From NCBI GenBank assembly GCA_041633895.1, contig JBFJMP010000001.1, positions 1 to 24,908 on the forward strand: DNA of 24,908 nt, in the 5' to 3' direction. This document shows, piece by piece, positions 7,814-16,646 of this stretch. Below the pieces are notes generated by a model. It was not told the origin of the DNA and did not search any database. It saw only the letters and a program-made list of their open reading frames with translations. Within the stretch, counting starts at the first letter, position 1, and every line of letters begins with the position of its first letter. Origin of the DNA: Nitriliruptoraceae bacterium. GTDB lineage: Bacteria > Actinomycetota > Nitriliruptoria > Nitriliruptorales > Nitriliruptoraceae. The position numbers and the translations under genes were made by a program.

Positions 7814-10427
7814 AGACCTCGACGCGGGCCCACTCGTCGATCTGGTCGAACTGGCGGTGCAGGTCCGCGACCGTGGTCGCCGCCTGGTCGAGGTCGTGGC
7901 GACGCGCGGACAGCTCCAGATCGCGGCACGTGTCGGCGAACCCTTCGGCTGCCACGTAGCGGCTGCTCCCGGTCAGGCGGTGGGCGATCTGGGCGACCTG
8001 GGCGGCGTCACGGGCCGCGACGGCCTCGTCGAGCGAGCGCATCAACCCACGCGCGTTGTCCAGGAACAGCAACAGCAGGTCACCCAACAGGTCCGTGTGC
8101 TCGTCGCCGTGGAGGGCGGCGAAGGCCGCCGTGTCGATCGGCCCCGACGGCCGGGCGGATCGACGCTCCGGTGTGGCCGCGGATGTCGTCCCGACGCCCG
8201 CCAGCGTCGTCGCCAGCTCCTCGAGTCGGACCGGCTTGCTGATGTAGCCGTCCATGCCCGCAGCGAGGAAGCGCTCACGATCGCCTTCGAGGGCGTTGGC
8301 CGTCAGCGCGACGATCGGTGGGTGGGCCCCGGGTCCCCACTCCTCGCGGATGAGCTGGGTGGCTGTGAGCCCGTCCATCTCCGGCATGTGCACGTCCATG
8401 AGGACCACGTCGTACGAACGCCGACGCAGCGCCTCGATTCCCTCGATCCCGTTGCCGGCGACGTCGGTCACGTGCCCCAGTCGCTCCAGGAGGTGCATCG
8501 CCACCAACTGGTTCACCGGGTCGTCCTCCACGAGGAGCACCCGCAGCGAACGTGCCTGCCCCGGGGGGAGCGCTGCCACCGTGTCGCCCGACGGCATGAC
8601 GACCTCGGACGCGGTCGAGACCTCGAGGTCGAGGTCGAGGCTGAACGTCGTGCCGCGGCCGACCTCACTGTCGACGTCGATCGCACCGCCGAGCGCGGTC
8701 GCGAGTTGCTGGCAGATGGCAAGGCCCAGTCCGGTGCCGCCGTACTTCCGGGACGTGGAAGCGTCCACCTGCGAGAAGGGTCGGAACAGCCGTGCCAGGC
8801 GGTCACTGGGAATCCCGATGCCGGTGTCGGCGACCTCGAACCGGACGGCCTGACGGTCGGTCGCCGCGCCCAACGCCCGGGCACGGACGACCACGGAACC
8901 GGTCGGGGTGAACTTCAGGCCGTTGGCGATCAGGTTGACGATGATCTGTCGGATGCGCGTCTCGTCGCCCACCAGGCTGGGTGCCACGTCCTCGTCGACC
9001 TCCCACCGCAGGTCGAGCGATCGTGCACCTGCGTCCTCGGCGAACAGGGCGATCGTGTCCCGCAGCAGGGCGCGGACGTCGAACGGACGGCTCTCGAGTT
9101 CGAGCTGGCCCGACTCCATGGCCGAGAAGTTCAGGACGTTGTTGATCAGGCCGAGCAAGAGGTTGCCGCTGTTGCGCGCGGTCTCGGCGTAGTGGCGCTG
9201 CTCGGACGACAGTTGCGTGTCCAGCAGCATGCCTGTCAGGCCGATGACGGCGTTCAGCGGTGTCCGGATCTCGTGGCTCATGCTGGCCAGGAAGTCCGCC
9301 TTCTCACGTGCGGTCTCCTCGGCGGACTCCTTCGCACGACGGAGTTCCTCCTCGTCGCGCTTGCGCTCCGTGATGTCGCGCTCGACGGCGATGAAGTTCG
9401 TGACGGCCCCGGCGTCGTCGAGGACGGGCTGCACCTCGACGGCGACCCAGTACGGCTGGCCCGATCGGGTGTAGTTGAGGATCTCGACGTTGAAGCCGTC
9501 GCCCGCCGTCAGGGCCGCCGCCATCTCCGCCACCACGGCCGGGTCCGAATCGGGCCCCTGGAGGAGTTCTCCGGGCTCCTTGCCGACGGACTCCTCGACC
9601 GTGAACTCGGTGACGCGGGTGAACGCGTCGTTGACCCATTCGATGCGCCCCTGCGCGTCGGTGATGACGACCATGTTGTCGGTGGCGCTGGCCACGAGGC
9701 TCAGCTTGCGGAGGTCACGGTTCAGGGCGACCAAGCGGTTTCCCGCATCGGCCCGCTGGCGGTCGAAGCGACGCCAGCCAAGGAAGGCCAACGCCGAGAA
9801 GACCAGCGACCCGGCCAGCACGACGCCCAGGCCGACCAGCATTCGTCGGGCGTCACCGAGCTGCTCGATCGTTGCGCTGTTGGCCTGGCCGGCGTTGCTC
9901 TTGCGGTTGATCTCGGCGCGGGACGCGAGGTCGTTGAAGCGGAGTTCGAGCCCTTCGAGCAGCAGTGCGACACGGGACGGGTCCGCGTCCGGCGTACCCA
10001 CGACGATGGCGCTGACGGCCGGCTCGATGTCGTCGGTCCAGACCTCGGCCAACTCCTGTGCCTCGTCGAGCAACTCCTGCGAACCGAGGGTCTGGAGCTG
10101 GTAGGGCAGGGACACCTCGCGCATCCGCTGGCCGACGAAGCCGCGATGCAGGTCGAGTTCGGCTCGATCGACGGGCTCCTCGCCGACGATGCTTCGTAGG
10201 CGCAGGATCTCGCGCTGGACCTGGCCGAGCGTGCGCACGTTCGCGTCGACGATGTCCTCGGTGACCGAGACGCTGGTCTCGAGGGCACGCGTCTGCGACC
10301 AGAGGGTCACGCCCAGGAACATGGTGGACCCGAGCAGGAGGACGATGGCGACGACCAACGCCACGCGTGCCCGGCGATCGTCCAGTCGGCCTGACCCGGC
10401 GTCGTCGTGCGGGCGAGGTCCCGGCAT
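7797..10427 (-). CDS. Membrane hybrid sensor histidine kinase: TM-helical extracytoplasmic domain-TM-PAS/PAC-HisKA-HATPase-REC-Hpt, 876 aa
   Basis: Two TM helices; PAS; H-box [14 protein letters not shown]; N-box [14 protein letters not shown]; G1 DTGIGI; G2 GGTGLGLAI; [11 protein letters not shown]; Hpt [11 protein letters not shown] 10427 follows GAGGTGGAG. Confidence 0.93.
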   Translation of the reverse strand: MPGPRPHDDAGSGRLDDRRARVALVVAIVLLLGSTMFLGVTLWSQTRALETSVSVTEDIVDANVRTLGQVQREILRLRSIVGEEPVDRAELDLHRGFVGQRMREVSLPYQLQTLGSQELLDEAQELAEVWTDDIEPAVSAIVVGTPDADPSRVALLLEGLELRFNDLASRAEINRKSNAGQANSATIEQLGDARRMLVGLGVVLAGSLVFSALAFLGWRRFDRQRADAGNRLVALNRDLRKLSLVASATDNMVVITDAQGRIEWVNDAFTRVTEFTVEESVGKEPGELLQGPDSDPAVVAEMAAALTAGDGFNVEILNYTRSGQPYWVAVEVQPVLDDAGAVTNFIAVERDITERKRDEEELRRAKESAEETAREKADFLASMSHEIRTPLNAVIGLTGMLLDTQLSSEQRHYAETARNSGNLLLGLINNVLNFSAMESGQLELESRPFDVRALLRDTIALFAEDAGARSLDLRWEVDEDVAPSLVGDETRIRQIIVNLIANGLKFTPTGSVVVRARALGAATDRQAVRFEVADTGIGIPSDRLARLFRPFSQVDASTSRKYGGTGLGLAICQQLATALGGAIDVDSEVGRGTTFSLDLDLEVSTASEVVMPSGDTVAALPPGQARSLRVLLVEDDPVNQLVAMHLLERLGHVTDVAGNGIEGIEALRRRSYDVVLMDVHMPEMDGLTATQLIREEWGPGAHPPIVALTANALEGDRERFLAAGMDGYISKPVRLEELATTLAGVGTTSAATPERRSARPSGPIDTAAFAALHGDEHTDLLGDLLLLFLDNARGLMRSLDEAVAARDAAQVAQIAHRLTGSSRYVAAEGFADTCRDLELSARRHDLDQAATTVADLHRQFDQIDEWARVEVFTSGR

Positions 10428-10432
10428 GCTCG

Positions 10433-11011
10433 TCACTCCACCTCGATCGAGGCGAGTTGCCAGATCCAACGGGCGTCGTAGATCGTGGCGTCGAGGTCAT
10501 GGGCATCGTAGGGATAGACGACACGGACCGGCCCGAATCGGTCCACAGGCATCCGCTCGCCGTCGACCGAGGTTGCGAGCAGGGCGTCGTACACGACGGC
10601 GTCCTCGATCGGGATGTCGACCGCATAGTCGTTCAGCGCGACGGTGTGCAGCATCGTGGCGTCATCGGCGGCGCCGGTCACGGCGAGCACGTCCGCGAGG
10701 CGGACGCCGCGGAAGGTCACGCGACGGCCTTCTGCCTGGTCGTCGTCGACCTCGAACTCGACCAGCCCCAGGGACTCGAGGGACTCGAGGTCGAAGGCCA
10801 CGACGCCATCCGCACCGGACGTGTCGATGCGACCGGACACGGTCAGGACGGTGTCACCGGTCGGCGCGGGGACGCGGTCGCCGGGTACGAGGCTGGCCTC
10901 GGTCACGACCTCGTAGGCCGCGGGCGCTGGCGCATCGGCGTCTTCGGAGCATGCCGACAACGACAGCGCGGCGGTGGCGATCAGCGCGGCGGCGAGCAGG
11001 GTGCGGTTCAT
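10433..11011 (-). CDS. Lipoprotein with molybdopterin-oxidoreductase (SUOX) fold lacking the Moco cysteine; PruR-like ligand-binding protein, 192 aa
   Basis: ATG 11011 after GAGGA; lipobox LSAC; VLTVSG.I..F.GV.L..VL..ALNDY...IP..LLA..DGE.M....GP..VVYP..WQL..IEV pattern; the lipobox Cys is the only Cys; stop lies 5 bp before the kinase start. Confidence 0.8.
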   Translation of the reverse strand: MNRTLLAAALIATAALSLSACSEDADAPAPAAYEVVTEASLVPGDRVPAPTGDTVLTVSGRIDTSGADGVVAFDLESLESLGLVEFEVDDDQAEGRRVTFRGVRLADVLAVTGAADDATMLHTVALNDYAVDIPIEDAVVYDALLATSVDGERMPVDRFGPVRVVYPYDAHDLDATIYDARWIWQLASIEVE

Positions 11012-11065
11012 CGTGGCTTCCTCGTGGGCAACGAGATCACCGTGCCCGGCCATCCCTGCGCTCCC

Positions 11066-11093
11066 CTCACCCAGACCTCAAGTTCACCTCAAG
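11066..11093 (-). promoter_or_regulatory. Direct-repeat box B: three half-sites CTCACC/CTCAAG/CTCAAG (plus-strand reading), upstream of the lipoprotein-kinase operon
   Basis: Hexamers at 11066, 11077 and 11088 (11-bp period); minus-strand -10-like CACGGT at 11044-11039, 32 nt from the 11077 half-site. Confidence 0.7.
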
Positions 11094-11105
11094 GACGGGG
11101 TGCCG

Positions 11106-12566
11106 TCACCCCAGCTCGGCACTGATCGCGGGCAGTCGCGCCCAGAAGCGCGTTCGTCCGTCGTCGGTCCGCCCCGCCCCGACGGTCCCGCCGGCCTCCT
11201 CGACGAGGTGGCGCGCAAGTGCGAGACCGAGGCCGAGGCCATCGTGCTGACCGGTCAGGTCCGACTGGAAGAATCGTTCGAAGATCCGCTCGGCGTCCTC
11301 CGGCGGGAACCCGTCACCGTCGTCGAGCACGGCGACGAGCAGGTCGTCGCCGTCCAGAGCGATGGTCACGTCGACGTGGTCGCCATGGCTGTGCGCGTTC
11401 CCGACGTACTCGTCGAGCACGGCCCGAAGCGGCGTCTGGCGGACCTGGACGGCGTACGGGAGGTCGATGGTCGCCGCAGCGATCACCGCCTGGGCGTCGT
11501 CGCCGACGAACGAGGCGAGCACGCCGGTGGCGGTGTCGGACGCAAGGCGGACGTCCGCGCGGTCTCGCCCCGCGGCGAGGTCGTCCGCGAACGCGAGGAC
11601 GCGCAGCAGCACGTCGTTGAGGCGGGTTGCCGATCGCACGGCGAGTCCACGCAGCGGCTCGTGGGCCGGGTCGATGTCGATCTGTTCCCACATCGTCATG
11701 GCCCCGCCGAGCCCGGTGAGGGGGGTTCGGACCTTGTGCGTGATGGCGCTGATGACGAGGTCGGACACCCGAGACGCACGCCGCTCGTCGGTGATGTCAC
11801 GGATCACGACGACTCGACGATCGCCGGTCACCGACGCCACCGAGGTCTCGATCGTCCGCAGCCACAGCGGGGCGCCGGTCGGACCCGCGTCCCGGTGCAA
11901 CAGGGCGACACGCTCCTCGTCGGCGGCAGGGGCGGCACCGGACCCCGGGAGCGTCCCCTCGAGGAGGTCGAACCCGACCGCTCCGTCGGCGAAGGTGTCG
12001 CCGATGGAGAGCCCCAGCAGCCGATGCGCTGCAGCGTTGACGTCCAGGCAGCCACCCTGAGGACCCACGACGACCACGCCGTCGCCGATTCGGCCGGTGA
12101 CCGCTTCCAACTCGCGGCGTTCGACCAGGGCCATGCGCGCCCGCGCCAGTCGACTCAGCGACCGGACACGCGCCTTCAGTTCGACGGGGTCGACTGGCTT
12201 GGCCAGCAAGTCGTCGGCGCCTGCCTCGAGCGCGCGGATCCGCGCCTCGCGGTCGCCGGCGGCCGTGAGGAAGACCAGCGGCAGGTGCCGCCACTCGACG
12301 TGGGTACGGACGCGATCACACAGGACGAAGCCGTCGTCACCCGGCATCATGACGTCGGACAGGATCACGTCCGGGCGACCGCCGTCCTCGAGCCACGCGA
12401 CGGCCTCACGCACGGACGTCACGCTGTGGACATCCATGTCGCTGGCCAGCAGATGGCCCTCGACCACGGCGACCGCGACCGGATCGTCGTCCACGACCAG
12501 GACGGTCAACGGGTCCGCCCCGTCGATCAGGTCCAGGGTGGGCTCGGTCATCGTCATGGTGTCCAT
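11106..12566 (-). CDS. Soluble REC-PAS-HisKA-HATPase histidine kinase with atypical H-box, 486 aa
   Basis: N-terminal PleD-like REC (VDDD..ILSDVMMP..FLTA..AKP); PAS-like region; H-box ITHKVRTPLTG; N-box YVGNAHSH; G1 DDGDGF; G2 GLGLGLA. ATG 12566 follows GAGG. Confidence 0.88.
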   Translation of the reverse strand: MDTMTMTEPTLDLIDGADPLTVLVVDDDPVAVAVVEGHLLASDMDVHSVTSVREAVAWLEDGGRPDVILSDVMMPGDDGFVLCDRVRTHVEWRHLPLVFLTAAGDREARIRALEAGADDLLAKPVDPVELKARVRSLSRLARARMALVERRELEAVTGRIGDGVVVVGPQGGCLDVNAAAHRLLGLSIGDTFADGAVGFDLLEGTLPGSGAAPAADEERVALLHRDAGPTGAPLWLRTIETSVASVTGDRRVVVIRDITDERRASRVSDLVISAITHKVRTPLTGLGGAMTMWEQIDIDPAHEPLRGLAVRSATRLNDVLLRVLAFADDLAAGRDRADVRLASDTATGVLASFVGDDAQAVIAAATIDLPYAVQVRQTPLRAVLDEYVGNAHSHGDHVDVTIALDGDDLLVAVLDDGDGFPPEDAERIFERFFQSDLTGQHDGLGLGLALARHLVEEAGGTVGAGRTDDGRTRFWARLPAISAELG

Positions 12567-12652
12567 GCTATGCCTCGCAGGAACGGGAGCGGGGGCTGTC
12601 GGGGTGACTTCTGCACTGTGACGTGCGAGTCCTGCCACGAGGTCGCCGGCAC

Positions 12653-12669
12653 CTCACGATCCCCTCAAG
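12653..12669. promoter_or_regulatory. Direct-repeat box C: CTCACG-N5-CTCAAG in the divergent promoter region between the kinase and the OmpR regulator
   Basis: Hexamers at 12653 and 12664; minus-strand -10-like CACAGT at 12620-12615 (32-nt gap); plus-strand -10-like TACGCT at 12718-12723. Confidence 0.65.
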
Positions 12670-12746
12670 GAGTGCATGGCGTCGCGATTCGTGCCGCTTG
12701 CCGGGAGGCCCGTGGCATACGCTCTCCACGTCGAAGAGGAGTTCCG

Positions 12747-13448
12747 GTGCCGACGAAGTCCGCGACCGTCGTCGTGATCGAGGATGCGCCAGAGATCCGG
12801 ATCCTCCTCGAGGACCTCCTGGCCAACGAGGGGTTCCGCGTCATCGCGACGGACAATGGCGAGGACGGCGTCGACCTGGTCGTCCAGGAGGACGCTGACC
12901 TCGTGGTGCTGGACCTGGTGCTGCCGGGCATCGACGGCTTCGAAGCGTGTCGTCGCATCCGTGAGCAGTCGGATGCCTACGTGGTCATGCTCACCTCGAA
13001 GGATGCCGAGATCGACAAGGTCGTCGGCCTCACCGTGGGCGCCGACGACTACGTGACCAAGCCGTTCTCCCCGCCGGAACTGGTCGCGCGGCTGCGAGCC
13101 ATGCTGCGGAGGCCACGCGCGGATGAGGGCAGCGACAGCCTGCGTCAGCACGGCGACCTCGCGATCGACCCGGATGCCCGCGAGGTGCGCGTCGCCGACC
13201 AACCCGTCGAGCTGACGCGGATCGAGTTCGACCTGTTGGAGGCGTTGACCGACAACCCCCGCCAGGTGAAGACCCGCGAGCAGTTGTTGAACCGCATCTG
13301 GGGACCCGGCTGGGTCGGTGAGGACCACCTCGTCGACGTCCACATGTCGAAGTTGCGTCGCAAGCTCGGCGACGACGCACGCACCCAGCGCTACGTGGTG
13401 ACCGTCCGGGGCGTCGGTTACCGGATGGGCGACCCGGCCGCGATGTAG
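12747..13448 (+). CDS. OmpR/PhoB-family response regulator (REC plus winged helix), 233 aa
   Basis: GTG 12747 after GAGGAG; VIED..VVLDLVLPGIDG..MLTSKD..GADDYVTKPF; wHTH LTRIEFDLL..VDVHMSKLRRKL..TVRGVGY. Confidence 0.95.
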   Translation: MPTKSATVVVIEDAPEIRILLEDLLANEGFRVIATDNGEDGVDLVVQEDADLVVLDLVLPGIDGFEACRRIREQSDAYVVMLTSKDAEIDKVVGLTVGADDYVTKPFSPPELVARLRAMLRRPRADEGSDSLRQHGDLAIDPDAREVRVADQPVELTRIEFDLLEALTDNPRQVKTREQLLNRIWGPGWVGEDHLVDVHMSKLRRKLGDDARTQRYVVTVRGVGYRMGDPAAM

Positions 13449-16111
13449 GCGCGCATGGCGGCGCTGGCCGCAGCCGCGCCGGTCCGCAGTGCGGCCACCC
13501 GTTCGCGGTGTCCGTCAGCGGTCGGGTTGGGTTCTGCCTCGACGGCCGCTGCGGCGTCGCCGAGCGCGGCCGCTCCGAGCGTGCGCGCGCTGCCCTTGAG
13601 CCGATGGGCGGCCTGGCGAACCGCTTCCTCGTCGTCGGACTCGCCGATCGTGGTGACGAGGCCGTCGATGGCCTCGAGGAAGGCGGACACGGCACGCTGG
13701 ACCGGCTCGCTGCGCCCACCCATCTCCTGCGTGAGCGCGCCCAGCGCCGCCGCGATGGACTCGGACACCAGGCGATCCGCCTTGGCCTGCTCGGCGTCCG
13801 TGTCCTCCGCGGTCGGCTCGGTGCGACGGGCCGTGGCGACCGCGACGGCCAGGTCGTCCAGCGCCACCGGCTTCGTGAGGTAGCCGTCCATGCCGGCGTC
13901 CAAGCAGCGTTGGCGGTCCTCAACGGTCGCCGCCGCCGTGAGGGCGATGATCGGCACGTCGCGCTCAGGGCCGGCCAGGCCTCGGATCGTCTCGGCAGCC
14001 TCGGGACCGTCCATCCGGGCGAGGTGGCGGTCCATCAACACCACGTCGATGCCGCCCTCCCGGACCCGCTCCACGGCGAGGTCCCCGTCGACGACCACGG
14101 TGACGTCGTGGCCGATTCGGTCGAGCTGCATGCGCAGGACCGTCCCGACCATCTCGTCGTCCTCGACCACGAGGACGCGACGACGTTCCCCTGGTGCGTC
14201 GGCATCCACCACGTCCGCTCCTGTGTCCACCCCGGCTGCAGCCCTCACGTCCAGCGGGAGGTCGATGACGAACACGGCACCGGACTGCGAGGGCTCCAGG
14301 GCAATCGTGCCACCGAGTTCGACGGCGAGCCGCGAGGTGATCGCCAGACCGAGGCCCGTCCCGCGCACCTGCCGAGGTCGTACCTGGGTGAAGGGCTCGA
14401 AGATGTCGTCACGACGGTCCGCCGGGATCCCCGGCCCGGTGTCCTCCACGCGGAACTGGACGGTGCCCGTCCCGTCGCGCGACGAATCCACGGTGACCTC
14501 GATCCACCCGCTTGGGGTGAACTTCACCGCGTTGCCGATCACGTTGACCAGGATCTGGCGCAGTCGCCGGGCATCGGCGACCACGGACCGCGGGACGCCG
14601 GGAGACACGGTGAGCCGAAGCTCGAGGTCCTTGTCCTGGGCCTCGATCGCGAACAGGCCCAGGGTGTCCTGGGCGATGCCCACCGGGTCGACCCCGTCCT
14701 CGACGAACAGGTCCGCGTGTCCGGACTCCAGCCGTGCGAAGTCCAGCACGCTGTCGACGAGGTGACGCAGCGAGGTCGCCGAGGTCTGCATGACCTGGAG
14801 CAGACGCCGGTGGGCGGGTTCGAGGTCCTCCCCACCGAGCAACTCGACGGCACCGACCAGCGAGTGCAGGGGCGTTCGGAGTTCATGGCTCACGGTGGCG
14901 ACGAACTCGGACTTGAGTTCGGACGCGCGAATGGCGGCGTCGCGGGCCGCCCCGGCCTGGACCTGCACCTCACGACGTCGGGTGATGTCGCGGTACAGCC
15001 AGAGGTGGCCGCGATAGGAGCCGTCGACGTGGACGGGTGTGTAGCTGCGTTCGAGGCAGCGCCCGTCGGCCATCTCGAGCTCCTCGTCCTGGACGGGCAC
15101 GCGCTCGGTGAGGATCTCGTCCACGCGCGCGACGAATCCCCCTGGGTCCGCGAAGAGGTGCTGGGCCTGTTCGGCCGCGCGAGAGCAGTCCTCGCCCTCG
15201 AGTTCGGCCGGGCTCGCGGGGATGCCGAAGAGGTCGGTCATCGCCTCGTTCGTCACGACGATGCGTCGGTCCTCGTCCTCGAGGAGCACGGCGTCGTGCA
15301 TGGACTTGATCAAGCCGGTCAGCCGGGCACTGAGGGTCTGCAAGCTCAGGAGCGAGTCGCGCTCACTCGTGATGTCCGTGAAGGTCGTGACCACCGCGTG
15401 CGGACGGTCGTGCCCGTGGCGCAGGAGCGGCCGCGCGTTGACCCGCAGCCACCGCAGTGTCCCATCCGGACGATGGATGCCCAGGGTCTCCCCCAGGACC
15501 GGTTCGCCCGCGCGCAGTGCCCGCATGGCGGGGTGGTCGTGTCCCGGGAGGTCCTTGCCGGCCATGTCCACGGTGCCCCACCGCGGGTCGTTCGACGAAC
15601 GCCCGTTCATCTGGTCGGCACTCAGGCCGAGGATCCGTTCGGCCGACGCGTTGCAGGCCAGGACCTCGCCGGTGGCCGCCTGTAGCACCACGCCCTGTTC
15701 GAGGGCCGCGACCACGGCCTCGTACCTCTGCTCGAGGTCGCTGCCCGAGGCCCTGTCCACCGGGAGGAAGACCCCGCCCTCCAACGTGATGATCGTCCAC
15801 GGGTGGTCGAGCACGCGGAAGCCGCCGATCGCCGTGGCGCGTTCGGGCGCGTTCGGGTCACGGGCTGGCACCACGAACCGGTCGAGGTCGCTCTCGCCAC
15901 TGCTGGTGACCGCCGCCGCCAGGTCGGGGGCGCCGAGTCGCTCGCTCAGGCGGGTGAGGTCGACACCGACGGCCAGGGCCGGATCGTCGGCTGCCCACTG
16001 CTCCCATCGGGGGTTGACCCGGAGCACATGGCCGTCGTCGTGGACCACGGCGGCCCGTAGGGCGACGTGCGCGAACACGTCGACGGGCCCGGGCTCAGGT
16101 CCTGCATCCAT
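13418..16111 (-). CDS. Soluble hybrid sensor histidine kinase: PAS x3-HisKA-HATPase-REC-Hpt, 897 aa
   Basis: ATG 16111 after GGAG; no TM helix; PAS repeats ending DIT; H-box VSHELRTPLHS; N-box NVIGNAVKFT; G1 DTGPGI; G2 GTGLGLAI; REC VLMDRHL; Hpt AHRLKGSA. Confidence 0.92.
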   Translation of the reverse strand: MDAGPEPGPVDVFAHVALRAAVVHDDGHVLRVNPRWEQWAADDPALAVGVDLTRLSERLGAPDLAAAVTSSGESDLDRFVVPARDPNAPERATAIGGFRVLDHPWTIITLEGGVFLPVDRASGSDLEQRYEAVVAALEQGVVLQAATGEVLACNASAERILGLSADQMNGRSSNDPRWGTVDMAGKDLPGHDHPAMRALRAGEPVLGETLGIHRPDGTLRWLRVNARPLLRHGHDRPHAVVTTFTDITSERDSLLSLQTLSARLTGLIKSMHDAVLLEDEDRRIVVTNEAMTDLFGIPASPAELEGEDCSRAAEQAQHLFADPGGFVARVDEILTERVPVQDEELEMADGRCLERSYTPVHVDGSYRGHLWLYRDITRRREVQVQAGAARDAAIRASELKSEFVATVSHELRTPLHSLVGAVELLGGEDLEPAHRRLLQVMQTSATSLRHLVDSVLDFARLESGHADLFVEDGVDPVGIAQDTLGLFAIEAQDKDLELRLTVSPGVPRSVVADARRLRQILVNVIGNAVKFTPSGWIEVTVDSSRDGTGTVQFRVEDTGPGIPADRRDDIFEPFTQVRPRQVRGTGLGLAITSRLAVELGGTIALEPSQSGAVFVIDLPLDVRAAAGVDTGADVVDADAPGERRRVLVVEDDEMVGTVLRMQLDRIGHDVTVVVDGDLAVERVREGGIDVVLMDRHLARMDGPEAAETIRGLAGPERDVPIIALTAAATVEDRQRCLDAGMDGYLTKPVALDDLAVAVATARRTEPTAEDTDAEQAKADRLVSESIAAALGALTQEMGGRSEPVQRAVSAFLEAIDGLVTTIGESDDEEAVRQAAHRLKGSARTLGAAALGDAAAAVEAEPNPTADGHRERVAALRTGAAAASAAMRAYIAAGSPIR

Positions 16112-16167
16112 GGATTCAACTCCGACGGCACGAACAGTAGGAGGTTGCACGCCGACCCGTCCCGCGT

Positions 16168-16560
16168 TCAGGACCGGCCGTACTGGTCCTCGAACCGTTC
16201 GATGTCGTCCTCGTCGAACGTCCCGAAGGCGATCTCGAGGAAGCGTGCGCGTCGGCCGACGCACGACACGCGGTGTCGGGTTCCGCGCGGGATCCAGATC
16301 TCGTCGCCCTCGGCGGCGCGGATGACCTCGTCGCCGACCTCGGCCACCAGGCCGTCGTCGAGCGCCACCCACAGTTCGTCACGGTGTTCGTGGCGTTGGA
16401 GGCTGAGGCTCTGTCCGGGTTCGACGGTGATCAGCTTGACCGTCGACACCTCGTTGAAGCTGTAGCGGCTGAAGCCTCCCCAGGGGCGGCGATCTGACAC
16501 GACCTCGACGCGTGGGTCGCGGCGTGCATCGAGGACCTGGGTGTGGTTGGTGTTCGTCAT
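16168..16560 (-). CDS. Stand-alone cupin, mannose-6-phosphate isomerase type II C-terminal-like, 130 aa
   Basis: RRPWGGF..VKLITVEPGQSLSLQRHEHRDELWV..IPRGTRHR..FLEI..EDDIERFEDQYGR matches the PMI domain of bifunctional ManC-type proteins. Confidence 0.85.
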   Translation of the reverse strand: MTNTNHTQVLDARRDPRVEVVSDRRPWGGFSRYSFNEVSTVKLITVEPGQSLSLQRHEHRDELWVALDDGLVAEVGDEVIRAAEGDEIWIPRGTRHRVSCVGRRARFLEIAFGTFDEDDIERFEDQYGRS

Positions 16561-16597
16561 CGTGAAGCCTCCGGTTTCCGGCCGTGGTGGTCCTGCA

Positions 16598-16634
16598 GCG
16601 GGCGACGACGGGGCCAGGTTCCGCCGTCGCCCGC
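16598..16634 (-). terminator. 14-bp stem-loop 12 nt downstream of the GT4 stop
   Basis: Minus-strand RNA GCGGGCGACGGCGG pairs with CCGUCGUCGCCCGC around a 9-nt loop; the single DNA mismatch is a G-U wobble only on the minus strand; no U-tract. Confidence 0.6.
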
Positions 16635-16646
16635 CTGACACCGTCC

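Noticed and set aside
9350-9700. PAS domain of the membrane kinase resembles a LOV photoreceptor
   Set aside because: The GxNCRFLQ motif reads [10 protein letters not shown], with no photoactive Cys.
10771-10788. Tandem 9-mer GGGACTCGA x2
   Set aside because: Coding repeat (LESLESL), two copies only.
10433-11011. Catalytic molybdoenzyme (MsrP/sulfite oxidase) call
   Set aside because: No Mo-ligating Cys, no Tat motif, too short, and no partner cytochrome gene nearby.
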